Shown in pieces: positions 1-10,658 of a stretch of 64,000 bases of DNA. Numbering within the stretch: position 1 is the stretch's first letter; each line of letters begins with the position of its first letter. A program made the position numbers and the translations under genes. This DNA comes from Selaginella moellendorffii (taxonomy: Eukaryota > Plantae > Lycopodiophyta), in contig NW_003314271.1 in assembly GCF_000143415.4 (NCBI RefSeq), positions 1,842,806 to 1,906,805 of the forward strand, given 5' to 3'. The notes beneath the pieces were generated by a model. It was not told where the DNA came from. It saw only the letters and a program-made list of their open reading frames with translations, and searched no databases.

Positions 1-584
1 CAGGTGGCCACCGGTCCTTCGTTGGCCTCCGTTGTTCTCCACCAAGACTTGGCATTATCTGCCAAGTATGGTTTTGCACATGGGACCTTCTCCGAGCTCG
101 GTAACCGTAACGCTCGGAAGTAGTCCTCCATATCGTAAAACCAATCCTCCACAACCTTATAGTCGTTCACTCCCTTGAACACCGGTGGGGGCTTTGGTTT
201 GTACTTGGGAACTGCCTGAGGGACTGATTCCACTTCGGTCTGTTCGACCTTGTCTGGTTTTGCCTCAGTCCCTGCCGAAGGGTCCGCACCTTCTGCGCTG
301 CCAGCATCCGCAGTCTTTCGCCTTTTCTTCCGTTTCTCGTCACGCTTTAGCTTGCGTACGAGAGTCTCCAGCAGGGCATTGGTCTGCGCCAATTGACCTT
401 CTAGAACGTCCAATCGAGCCTTGGACGACCGAACCTCGCCACCGGACTCCTGTTTGGAAGTTTCCTCACTAGAGTCCTCCTCATGCAAGGATTCCTCATC
501 CATAGCCTCTTGTTCGACCGGAGGCTCCAGCTCTGGCGGAGGTTCTGTCTCCGCCTGGGTTCGCTTACGCCCTGCCCTTGCCAT
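1..584 (-). mobile_element. gag: Ty3/gypsy gag ORF, 5' part; runs off the left edge of the window
   Basis: ATG at 584 just after the PBS; open frame MARAGRKRTQ...PPPVFKGVNDYKVVEDWFYDMEDYF...AKPYLADNAKSWW, a retrotransposon capsid motif. Confidence 0.9.
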
Positions 585-627
585 CTCCCAGCAATCCGCC
601 TCTATCCTTCGCTAGAACTGAGGAGAA

Positions 628-640
628 GGCTCCGATACCA
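628..640 (-). promoter_or_regulatory. Primer-binding site (tRNA-iMet)
   Basis: Minus strand reads TGGTATCGGAGCC, 3 nt after the LTR end ...CTTACA. Confidence 0.9.
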
Positions 641-643
641 AAT

Positions 644-1791
644 TGTAAGCCACAAATTTTTCCTTTCCAATTTGCCAGCTTACCTCGCCTATCCGACCAA
701 CTCCGCCTTGGCTTGTGCTAAGTTCCCTCGCCAAGGTTCTCGCCTATGGTGCCAGCTCCTACTTGGTTTCAACTACTTACTGCACGAGCAACGGAGTGTT
801 AGCCATCCATCTACGGATTCCCAAATCTCTCCCAATCCCCCTCCCCGGGTTAGACTGGACTTAAGGTTCGGCTACACTCCCCGCAGGCACAAGCAGCCAA
901 GCACACCAAGCCTCCAGATTCCTAACACCCCAAGGTATCACAAGGCTTGATCATGGGACCCTCTAAATCCCAAGCCTTGGGTGCAGCACTTGCTTCGGGA
1001 CGTCGGGGCGAAACACCGTGGCCTAACGGCCCGGTATGGGTACCTCTACCCCCCCTCTTCCATCCCGAAGGAAAGGCCCAAGCCCCCGGAAGGGCGAGGA
1101 CCAATGAGCCACAAGGTACTCAAGTGGGGCACCACTCCACCTGAGCCGGGAGCACCGCAATCGGTTTCCCTTTCGGGAGTGGGAGCTGCTCTTGAGCACT
1201 TCCTTGGATGGCCCCTCCGGCACCAGCCAAGTCCATGCTCACTCCCACCCAAGGCCCCTCGGTCCCAGTCCCAACCTCAAGTCGGTTTGGAAGCCCAACT
1301 GGAGAGTCCCTTCTAAACTGGTTCCTGGACCTCACTATCCCTACTATACTTTTGGAACCCCCTGCAGCCCCCCCCCCCCTGGGAGACGCACGCTTTGGGC
1401 TTTCACCCCTTGACCCGTATTAGTATTTGGACTTAGTCTCTGGCTCGATCTCGGACCCGATTTCGGATCCGACTTCGGATTCGGGTTCGGACTCGATCAC
1501 GGACTTGATCTCGGACCCGATCTCGGACCCGACCTCGGACTCGACCTCGGACTCGGTCTCGGACCCGATTTCGGATCCGGACTCCGTCTCGAACTCGGTC
1601 TCGAACTCGGACTCGAACTCGGTCCCCGAGTCGGTCTCGGATTCGATTCCGGACTCTACCTCGAACTCGGTCCTAGAGTCGGTCTTGGACTCGATCCTCG
1701 ACTTGGTCCCATCCGATGAACTCTTTGTCACTTCGGTCAAGCTTTTGGGGATCCTTTAGCCTACGACATCTCGGGGAGTCGGTTCCTTACA
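644..1791 (-). mobile_element. 5' LTR (1148 bp) of the gypsy element
   Basis: Termini TGTAAG...CTTACA on the minus strand, next to the PBS; sharp GC-to-AT switch at 1792; candidate TSD AGTAT at 1792-1796. Confidence 0.85.
1430..1705. repeat. Degenerate 6/12-bp tandem array inside the LTR (TCGGACCCGATC / TCGAACTCGGTC-like)
   Basis: Periodicity is directly visible. Confidence 0.9.
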
Positions 1792-1796
1792 AGTAT

Positions 1797-2620
1797 ATGG
1801 ACTTTCAACATTTAGATTAGGATGGTTATTTGCCTTTTCTTCGGTATATGTATGTCACAAGGGTGTAAAGTTTTGTTAATGCTTCACCATATAAACTCCT
1901 ATATGGTTATAATTCAATATTACTAATGGAATTAAGTTTACCTTTGCAATTGCCACAAGCTACCGATGCTAAATCTTAGAATTAATATTTGACAAGCATT
2001 CTTTCACTTGTTTGAGCAGAGTCTACCAAACACCTAGGCCACATACAAATGGGACAACAATAGTGTTATAACTCCTATCATTATCCATTTATAGAATATA
2101 AAGTAAATGACTTGGTATTAATCTATTTTTCTAATCTTACGGTATATGGTTTATCTAAAGGGTTTTTTGCTTAGTGGAAGGGATTATATTGGGTGTTGCG
2201 ACAAGTTGAACCTCAAGTTTATGAGGTTTGGCATGATATCCAACAAGTTGACCTTTCAGAAATTATGCATCAACAGCAAAAATGCTTCTTACAAAGGAAT
2301 CAAGAACAATTAATACCACTTATAAACCCATTGGTGCCTCTTGATGTTCTTCCAAATTTTGGCCTATCCATTATAAAACCCTAACTGTTTTCTATCATTC
2401 AGAAAGGAGGGAATGATATAAGGTCCAAATGTACAACTATAGTGCCATATATTAATATTAGTGTAGTGGATTTTTGATAGCTATTAGATTGGTTTCAATT
2501 TAAATTGTATATAAACTAGATTTTTTGGGCTAATTGATATATACATTTCTATATTCCAAAATTAGAAGTAAGTTAAGTAGTTTTCAATATAAAATACATA
2601 ATGTGAGAGTGTATAAATAA
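1797..2620 (+). mobile_element. Older decayed gypsy: integrase C-terminus, PPT and start of the 3' LTR
   Basis: YMDFQHLD*DGYLPFLRY...SPYKLLYG (end of integrase core); YKVNDLVLIY...WKGLYWVLRQVEPQVYEV (GPY/F-like); PPT AGAAAGGAGGG at 2401-2411; TG start at 2414. Right boundary is approximate. Confidence 0.7.
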
Positions 2621-2795
2621 TAACAACTCAGTCTCTGTTAAAATTAATATTTTAAAAACAATATAAATTTTAAATTGTAATTAGGTAATTTGATCCATGG
2701 CATTACTTCTACAGAAACAGATGATCAACTAATCTTTTCCTCATGATTTCCTTGACTCACGGCCAATGAGATCCCTGCTAGTATGGGTTGGTTTG

Positions 2796-3502
2796 TCACA
2801 GAACTTTCATCGTCATGCCCATGTCCCCAAGTGGACACTTGACCCATACAAAGTGCCGGTAAGTCTCTATAAAGTCAGTACATTTCTTGCGCAATGTTAG
2901 AGACCCCCTACCTCCTGGTTGGATCTTGGATTGGGCCTGTGAGGCGATCACAATCCATTCGATCCCAGCCTCGAGGCTGATGTCGTACACGTCTGGAACC
3001 GTGCTGATCAAAAGGTCCATGGAACTGGAGCTTTGCTTGAACAGGAAATACCCAAAACCCTTGAAAGCATCGCACTTGTGGAAAACCGGGAAGATGCCGA
3101 TTGCTCCTCTTGGAAATCCCCGATCTCTTCCACTCTACCGCAGGAACTCGACATGACACAGCGAAACTCGCTCGCGTTTGCCACCACCACACTGTCCGGA
3201 AACACCAGGCAAACCAGTGCCGTACAGCCACCTTGAGATGATCATCGTCAACCCAAGTCTCTTTGACCCAAGAGATCGTGATCTTCTCGACCCAGCCGAG
3301 TTAATTCCCTTTGTCCCTTTCGAGTTTTCATCAATCTCAAACGCATCACGCAAGTCCTTGCGGTCGCCCAGGGATTCGTAAAGCTTTCGCAGCTCGCCAT
3401 GGAAGTATCTCGTGCAAAACCGTAAGCCTTTTCTCCTTCATACAAAGCCAAGAAGCCGCACACCAATTTCGAATGACGATCGAATCTTGATCCAGTAGCC
3501 AT
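2796..3502 (-). pseudogene. Intronless, frameshifted PP2C-like pseudogene
   Basis: Across frameshifts: CGFLALYEG; LRDAFEIDE; GCTALVCLVFPDSVVVANASEFRCVMS (cf. GSTA...VANAGDSRCVL); ISTVPDVYDISLEAGIEWIVIAS. Confidence 0.7.
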
Positions 3503-3693
3503 TATCAGAGCTAACTGAAAGCTTTATATTCAAACAGAAACCCTAAGCGCCACCTTTCCTTTAACGTAAAATTTACAGTTTTCGCTAGCTTTTGTCTTTC
3601 TCTGCATGAAGATCATAGCGTCACCTGAGGCTATCTCCATGGAGGCAGCTGTGAGCAAAGAAACAAAAAAAAACAGAAAAGCGTGCCTGTGTG

Positions 3694-6490
3694 TTAATAG
3701 TAGAAGTTTGGACGTGGTTGGCGATTTCGTTTCCGTTTGCGTTTTTTTTCATACGGGCTTCTTGATTTTTTTCGTCGTTTAGAACTTACTCCTTTGTCTC
3801 CCCAGATCGGGCTCCTTCTGGAATTTGGCGGCGAGCGCGACCGTCTCTCCAAGTATGGCGATGGCGATCGGCTTATAAACGACGTAAGCTGGCTTCGCAT
3901 CTGGTAATCCTCCTCGCTGGTTAGTGGAAGAGGACCAGTGCTTGTGGATCTCAACCTGTGTAAGACCTCCACAAAAAAGTTTTAGAATGTGGAGGAAACA
4001 TCCTCGATCAAGTACCTGTTCCATGGAGGCACGAAGTATCTCTTGGACAAAGGATTGTGGAGAACCAGATCGCGGAGAGTGAGCGCCGAGATCACGGGCG
4101 AGTCTGTAATAGATACACACAAACCAGTCGATATCGTGTTTGTAATCGGAATTGGATTACCTGGATACTCTTCTACGAAGCTCAAGCTGGCTCGTGTCTT
4201 GAGACTATACCTGCGGGGGGTTAAGGGAACAAGCCAGTTGTTGCGTCTTGCGCAAGAAAGTTTTCTTACTTGGATGCTCTTCGTCCTACAAGCGCTCGGA
4301 TGAAAGTGTTCTCGCCAAGTTCTAGCATCTTGTGCCTCATGAGAGCGTTCTGCTTTCTCAAACGAGCAATCTCAACGTCCTTCTTCTGGCCACCTGCAGG
4401 CATGTAACTTAGAATCCATCCAAAAAAGAGCGTTTACTGCGTTTACTTCTCTTCCTTGCTTTAAGTTATCGTGAGACTCTGATGTGGTGGACGATGACAA
4501 TACCGGCCCTCAAGGTATTTTGATAGGCACGAGCTTTCATGGGATCAACACGTAAAATTAAGTAAAACTGCTGCACAGAACCTGCCTGCACGAAAAATCG
4601 AGAAGATGGTCTCTTTATGACACCGTCGAGAAAAAAGAGAAGAAAATCAACACTTACAGATTTAGTCTCGCCGTCTACTCGCATTAGTGTCCAAAACAGC
4701 CCAGTCTCGGGCCATTTCAAATTACAATCCCCGAGAACTATTTCGATCATACTTACTATCCTCCTCCTGCGAGAAAATCGACAAAAAAAAATATATCAAT
4801 GTCCCTGGCTAAAGAGAAGCTTACACTTGTGAAGGAAACAAACAACAACATATCGTCGAAAGACAGTTAGCAAAGGCGCTTCCAGACCAGCTGCACAAGA
4901 AAGAAGTTCTTACCATAAAAACAAAAACACTTTCACGTACCTGGAAAGAATCTGATTCACCATTTTGATTGTATCTAGATACTCCTCGTCGCTAACATAC
5001 TCTTCAAGCCTCGACGTCTTATACAAATCTGCCGGATCAAACGCTCCGTTGGTGCCAGAGCAGCAGGCTGCAGGATAAATTCCATAGTCAGATACGAACG
5101 AAATAAAAGGAAAAAAGTATGCAACTTACTACCACCAGCAGCGACGAACTGGCACGCAATAACAATGGGGTCCTGTTCCTCATAATAGCTTGACGCTTGC
5201 AACAGGTCGGCTGTAAGCTTCTTAGGACCGTCCTTGGAACCGAACTTTTCCACCAGTTCTCGCAACACATAGGAAGGATGGACGTACTCGATCTCCGACA
5301 TGCACACCGGACACCTGAAAAAAAAAAAAGTTTTGACGTTTAAGAAGCATGAGAAAGACATGACAACAAAAACGAAACACTTACAGCTTCGAGCGGCTCA
5401 TCTTTCTCCGTAGGCAGGAGTGACAAAACGCATGCCCGCAGTCGATTTCCACGGCGTACTTGAGCAGCTTGTGGCAGATTGAGCAGTCCAGGAAACTTAT
5501 GGGCTTCTCCTGACGCTTTTGAAGCTCCAGCTTCTCTTTCTGCTCCCTCGTCAACTTTCCTCTCCTTGCCTTCTCCTTTTGCTTCTTCTTATCTTCATGT
5601 TCCAGCTCTTCCTTGGCCTTCTTTGCTTCTTCCTTGGCCTCCCTCTGCTGGAACCATTGCTCCCTGTGCCTCTCGACAGCCTTATTCAACTCGTTCTTCC
5701 TTTCCTCGGAGAGTCCCCGCTTCTTCTTGCTTTTCTTCCCTGCTGGATGCTTGCGAGAAAATAAAGGAAAGCAAAGCCATCCGCCGGACTTAGCTTTCTT
5801 CTGCTTCGGAACTTTTTTCTTCACGGGCTTCTCGGGCTTCTTAACTTCCAGCTTAACTTCAGGCTTTTTCTCGGGCTTCTTCTCGGGCTTCTTCTCGGGC
5901 TTCTCAGGCTTCTTCTCGGGCATTTCAGGTTTCTTTTGCTTCTTGACCTGCACACTCTCCACACTCGACGCCTCGGACCTCGCAGGACTTGGAGTGGTCG
6001 GTCTACTCGTTGGTCGACTTGGAGGCCGGCTACTCGCTCTACTACTCCCTCTACTACTCGCCTTGCTACTTCCTTTGCTGCTATCACTTTCTACAGGCTT
6101 CTGGATCTTCACTTCCGGAGGCTTTTGCTTTTGCTTTTGCTTCCGCGGCTTCTTGGAGGACGAGAAGAAAGGCCAACACAAGCGTGGCTTTCCCGGTGGC
6201 CTTGGAGCCTTCGGGGCCTTCGGGGCCTTTGGAGCCTTTGGAGCCTTGACTTTCTGAGGCTTTGGAGACGATGGTGGTGACTTGGGCCTGTCTCGCTTTG
6301 GTGACTTTTCTCTTTTCTTCTTGCCTGCTTTTGGAGACGACGGACCCGAGCCAAAGCCACACAATCCCAGACCAGATGAGCGAACGTCCGCCGGCTCGGA
6401 CCGAGAAGGGGCTGCTGGCATGTTGTGCTTACCCTGGTACAAAGGATTGTCCTTGATCTCAAACCTCCGAAATAGCGGATTCCGAATCAT
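3694..6490 (-). CDS. Multi-exon RING-HC protein with K/P/S-rich N-terminus, Erf4/GOLGA7-like middle and basic SR-like tail
   Basis: CSIC...CGHAFCHSC|CPVC is a C3HC4 RING; about 9 GT-AG exons. ATG 6490 and stop 3694 are best guesses. Confidence 0.75.
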
Positions 6491-7127
6491 ACAGGAACGC
6501 CCTACGCTGTTGAAGACTGCCCGGATCCAAAGGTAGAAACCAGCTGCTCCTTTCAAGTCAGCCCGACCATCGAGTGTTTTCCCTGAAAGAAAAAACCCCA
6601 AGAACACATAAGTTTCAGCAAGAAAAACTATGATCGTTCTAATGTCTAATGGAGAAAACGAGCTCGAGAGCTCGAGAAAAGAGGAAATCCTAAATGTAGC
6701 CCACCGTCTAGTTGTGCCCGTCGAGTTACAAGATCCGGCGCATGGCTACACTCGCATTCGCAGCGTACGAGATGCAACATAGGGCCCTACGCATCATCGT
6801 ACCTCGCGCCTCAGCCGGATTGAAGAATGCGGGAACGAGATCGCGCTCTCTACGCCATCGCCGCACTGCCACTGCCGCTGCCGCCTACGCCATCGCCGCC
6901 GGGCGCCCAGCATTGGGACGAAGCGTCACTTCCGCCCTCACGCTTCAGCTGAAAGAACTTTTAGGGCTCCTAAGGTCACTTCCTTTCCCGTTTACATGTC
7001 ATAGTAAGCAAATAACACGTCAGCTTGTTTACCTTTACATGTTAGCACATGTCAGACAGAACATCCAATCACAAGTTGACACGTCACTTTTATGTTCATC
7101 ACAATGTCATAACCGCGTTTTCCACTT

Positions 7128-7680
7128 CTACTTGGATTGTTCCTCCGGAGAGGAGGAACTGGGCCTCTCCTTCTTCTTGTAAGCGTCTCCCAGCCTCGCC
7201 GCTAGCCTCTCCCGCCGCGCGTCGCGCTTCTCCTGGAGCAATTGCCGCTTCTTCTTGTCCGCCTCGTTCATCGCCGCGACAACCTTGGCGGCCTCGTCCT
7301 TGGACATGAGCTGCGGCCGCGGCGGCGCTGGGAAAATCCCCACTTTCCACAGCAAATGCTGGACGATCTCGGTGGGCTGCGCTCCAACCGAGATCCAATA
7401 CCTGGAAACCAAACAGCGATCGAGCCCTGGAGAAATCTAGCGCCATTCTTACTTGATCCTATCGATTTTCATCCCAATGCGCTTGAGCCCATCTTGCCCT
7501 GGAGAAGATCATCGCTGGAGACACTCACAGAGACGGAAATCCAGTACCTGGCAAGGGATTGTAGTAGCCCAGGACCTCGACATGCCTCCCGTTGCGCGGG
7601 GAGCGCGCATCGGCGGCGTAGATGCGGTAGAATGGGAGATTGCGGCCCCCAAATCTCGCGAGCCTCAGCCTCACCACCAT
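7128..7680 (-). CDS. RPS16: Nuclear-encoded organellar ribosomal protein S16, 3 exons
   Basis: [44 protein letters not shown]|[16 protein letters not shown]|[17 protein letters not shown]. Confidence 0.95.
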
Positions 7681-7701
7681 TGCCCTAGCTCCAAGGGTTT
7701 T

Positions 7702-7709
7702 TAGGGTTT
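7702..7709 (-). promoter_or_regulatory. Telo-box in the RPS16/TRIPP spacer
   Basis: TAGGGTTT (AAACCCTA on minus) plus a partial second copy; typical of plant r-protein genes. Confidence 0.55.
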
Positions 7710-7734
7710 TTAGAGGGGGAGAGATGCGAGCGCC

Positions 7735-10554
7735 ATGAGCTTCTTGCTGCGGAGCTCCTTCCAGGCATCGCAGGAGCAGCCTGCGGTAGATGCCAAGCAG
7801 GAATTTCGCGGCGGCGTCACGAATCTTGGCCTCGAGCAGCAGATCCAGGCTCCGGGTGATCTCAAGGAGGCAATGCAAGCGAGGCCGAGGACGCGGATCC
7901 CAGTCCAGGGCCACGCGGATGTATCGAGCAACGAGGGATCCGTGCTTGTTCCTGGAAGTAAGCTGTTCATGGTCATGGATTATCCTCGCTCACTTTTCTT
8001 TGCAGAGGAGCTTCCGAATGAATGGAGCGCGGCACCAGATTTGACGCATCTCAGCCATTTGGATCGTGGATTCGTTTTTCCTGGTGAGTGTTTCTTGATT
8101 TCCTTCGCTAGAGCTTGAGAAATTCTTTGCTTTGCAGGTGAACAAATCAAAGTCTTTGTCACGGTCTCCTCTCGCGACCTCACAGTTCCCGAGATTATCA
8201 CTCCCTTCAAGGTTGCTGCGGTGATCAACAAGAACGCTTTGCTCAAAGCCAATCCCGTCGCCGGCGAAGTTCTCGAATCGAATGCCGGCGAATCACTTCG
8301 CGAGGAATGGCACAAGAAGAAGAGCGCGCAGCTCCTCGAAAGCTTCCAAAGGTCCCATTTTTACGTGAGCGTTATCAACGAGAACAAGGTGGACGAGTCC
8401 GACCAGCACGACGAAGCTGAGAGTGTGGTTCCAGTAGTGGTGGAAAGAGATGGATTCGACCCTGTTGCAGCTGGAGGAATCGCGAGACGAGCCATCACCT
8501 CTTGCGCTCTTGCGAACGGAGACATTGTGGTATGCACCGAACTTTCGACTCAATTCTTTTCGAAATTGCTCATTGATAAGATGGCAGGGTACAGGTTATG
8601 CTGGAAGTGACAGTGGTGGTTCCACGCTCGATCACGCACGAGGCGGTCCTCGAGGTCCTACAGTACGAGCAACACAGCTCTCCCATGTCGGCTTCCAAGA
8701 CGATTCCCAAGGACTTGGATCCAGCGCAGGATCTTTTGCACTGGCTGCTGCCTCTGGATAGGAACGCGTTCACGACGCAGCAATCGTCCGCTGTCCCGGC
8801 AGCAAACGCTGCCACTGGTACGCAGAGGCTTTCATTCGGAGCTGCCAACTCAACGCTTTTCTCGTTCGGTCACTTGAGATCGTCTTCGGCTGGTTCTTTG
8901 CCTCCAGTTGCTCCGGCCGCAGCTCCTGCGGCAGTTCCACCGTATCCACCATCTGCACTAAACACTGCTCCAGGGGAATGGAACAAGCTGTATCCGGAGA
9001 AAGATCTTGGCTCCGAAGAAGTTGGAAGCGAAGGATTGCTCTCTTTCCGGGGTGTACCGCTGGAACCTCAGCGCTTTTCCGCTCACTGTGGATTGGAAGG
9101 CCTTTACGTACCTGGAAAACGATGGTGCAAGAAGATATCCGTCGTACAACCTTTACGGATCAATTCATACTCCGCAGATTGCAACGCCGAAGATCTCATT
9201 TGCGTCCTTATTGAGGTTCGTTTTTAGTTTGAACTTTCGTTCTCATTTGCCTCCCTTTTTTTCCTGCAGAACGTTCTTCCTTCTGACATGTCCGATGTCT
9301 GTATTTATATTGATTCAATTAGTATCATATGCCAAGCGACTAGCCCCGGTGCAGTTTCACAGCCAATTCCTGTTTCATGCGTGGAAACTGGCGAAGATGA
9401 CAAACTCCCAAATCTATGTCTCAGGTTTGAATGTTTTACTTGTTTAGTCTCTCTCATGGAAATACTCCTTTTTGCAGAACCGGAGAACAACATTCATTTA
9501 TTTTGAGACCCACGAGTTCGCTACTGAAGGTAGAAAGTTCTGGCAAACAGAGTTATTCTACTCCTCGACAAGCAAAAGAAGCATCTGATGGCGGGAGTTA
9601 TGCAGTTCTAGTGGCCTGTCATTGTAGTCACACTCGTAAGTTCTAGTTATGGCGTTCGATCTTAGCATTAACTTGTTATCTGATACCAGACTCGAGATTT
9701 TATTTGAAACACTCGCTGAAGTGGAAACCACGACCCGCGAGGGACCTTCTTGTTTCAGTCTCGCTGGAGAGCAGCACGCCAACTGGAGTTCCAAGTGAAG
9801 CTCTCCCCCAGCTCAAGTCACAGGTAGACAGTTTCAAGTTATTTGCCTTCACTGGAACTTTTCTCCAGGTCGTGACAGTCCAAGCCACAAACCTTACATC
9901 CAGAGAACTTGACTTGACACTTTTAGCTCCAAGCACTTTGGCATGCGCACCAGTATCAGTGACTCCAGTAACAACAAACGCAGCTAAGAAATCACCCGTA
10001 GGGAACTCGCACAGCTTCCGTGAAGAACAAGAGAAAGCTCGGAAGAATTTTAGATCCATGTCAATGCCTCCTGGACGAGAAAAACCGAAGGTCAAAGAAG
10101 CAGAACAAGCGAAAGAAGCCGAAGAGTCGTCAAAGAGAACGAGAGAGAGAAGAGTTTCCGCTGCTGAGATAGTAGCGGAGAACAGCCCTGCAAGGACTCA
10201 TTTGTGGCTGCAAAGTACTGTTCCACTCGGGTAAGTTTCTCTCGATGGTCTTTCAAGCTTATCTCGTGTTTCTCTTTGGATTCTTTGTCTCACGAGAGTG
10301 AGCTTTTGATACAGGCGACTTCCTGCGCATTCAACCACGGTTGTGAAGTGCGATTTGCTCCCGCTCGCCGATGGGATCATCACTCTGGACACTCTTCATT
10401 TGGCCTCAAAGGATCGCGGTAAGCTTCCAAGTTTTCTTTTTGCTTCGTGCGTGGAGGGAGTTCTTAGACTCTTGTTCTTTCTTTTTTTCCAGAGACATTG
10501 TTTGTTCCTATCAATCCTCTCCAGATACATTCATCGTCGGGAATTTCCAAGTAA
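7735..10554 (+). CDS. TRIPP: TRAPP-interacting plant protein (At3g17900-like), multi-exon
   Basis: MSFLLRS; [12 protein letters not shown]; EIITPFKVA; [11 protein letters not shown]; [18 protein letters not shown]; [12 protein letters not shown]; [14 protein letters not shown]; last exon [20 protein letters not shown]. Confidence 0.85.
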
Positions 10555-10658
10555 CCAAAAATTCTACTAGTTCATGTTTAAACTAATAAAGGAACCCGGT
10601 TCGTTGTGCCCAACGGTTGCGATTGTGCCACGTTGTATCCTACGGTTGGGATTAATAT

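Noticed and set aside
1430-1705. CRISPR-like array
   Set aside because: No unique spacers; a eukaryotic LTR minisatellite.
1420-1759. S/D- and E/S-rich ORFs on both strands
   Set aside because: By-products of the LTR tandem array.
5613-6257. 214-aa hydrophobic plus-strand ORF
   Set aside because: Antisense shadow of the K/E-rich RING gene exon.
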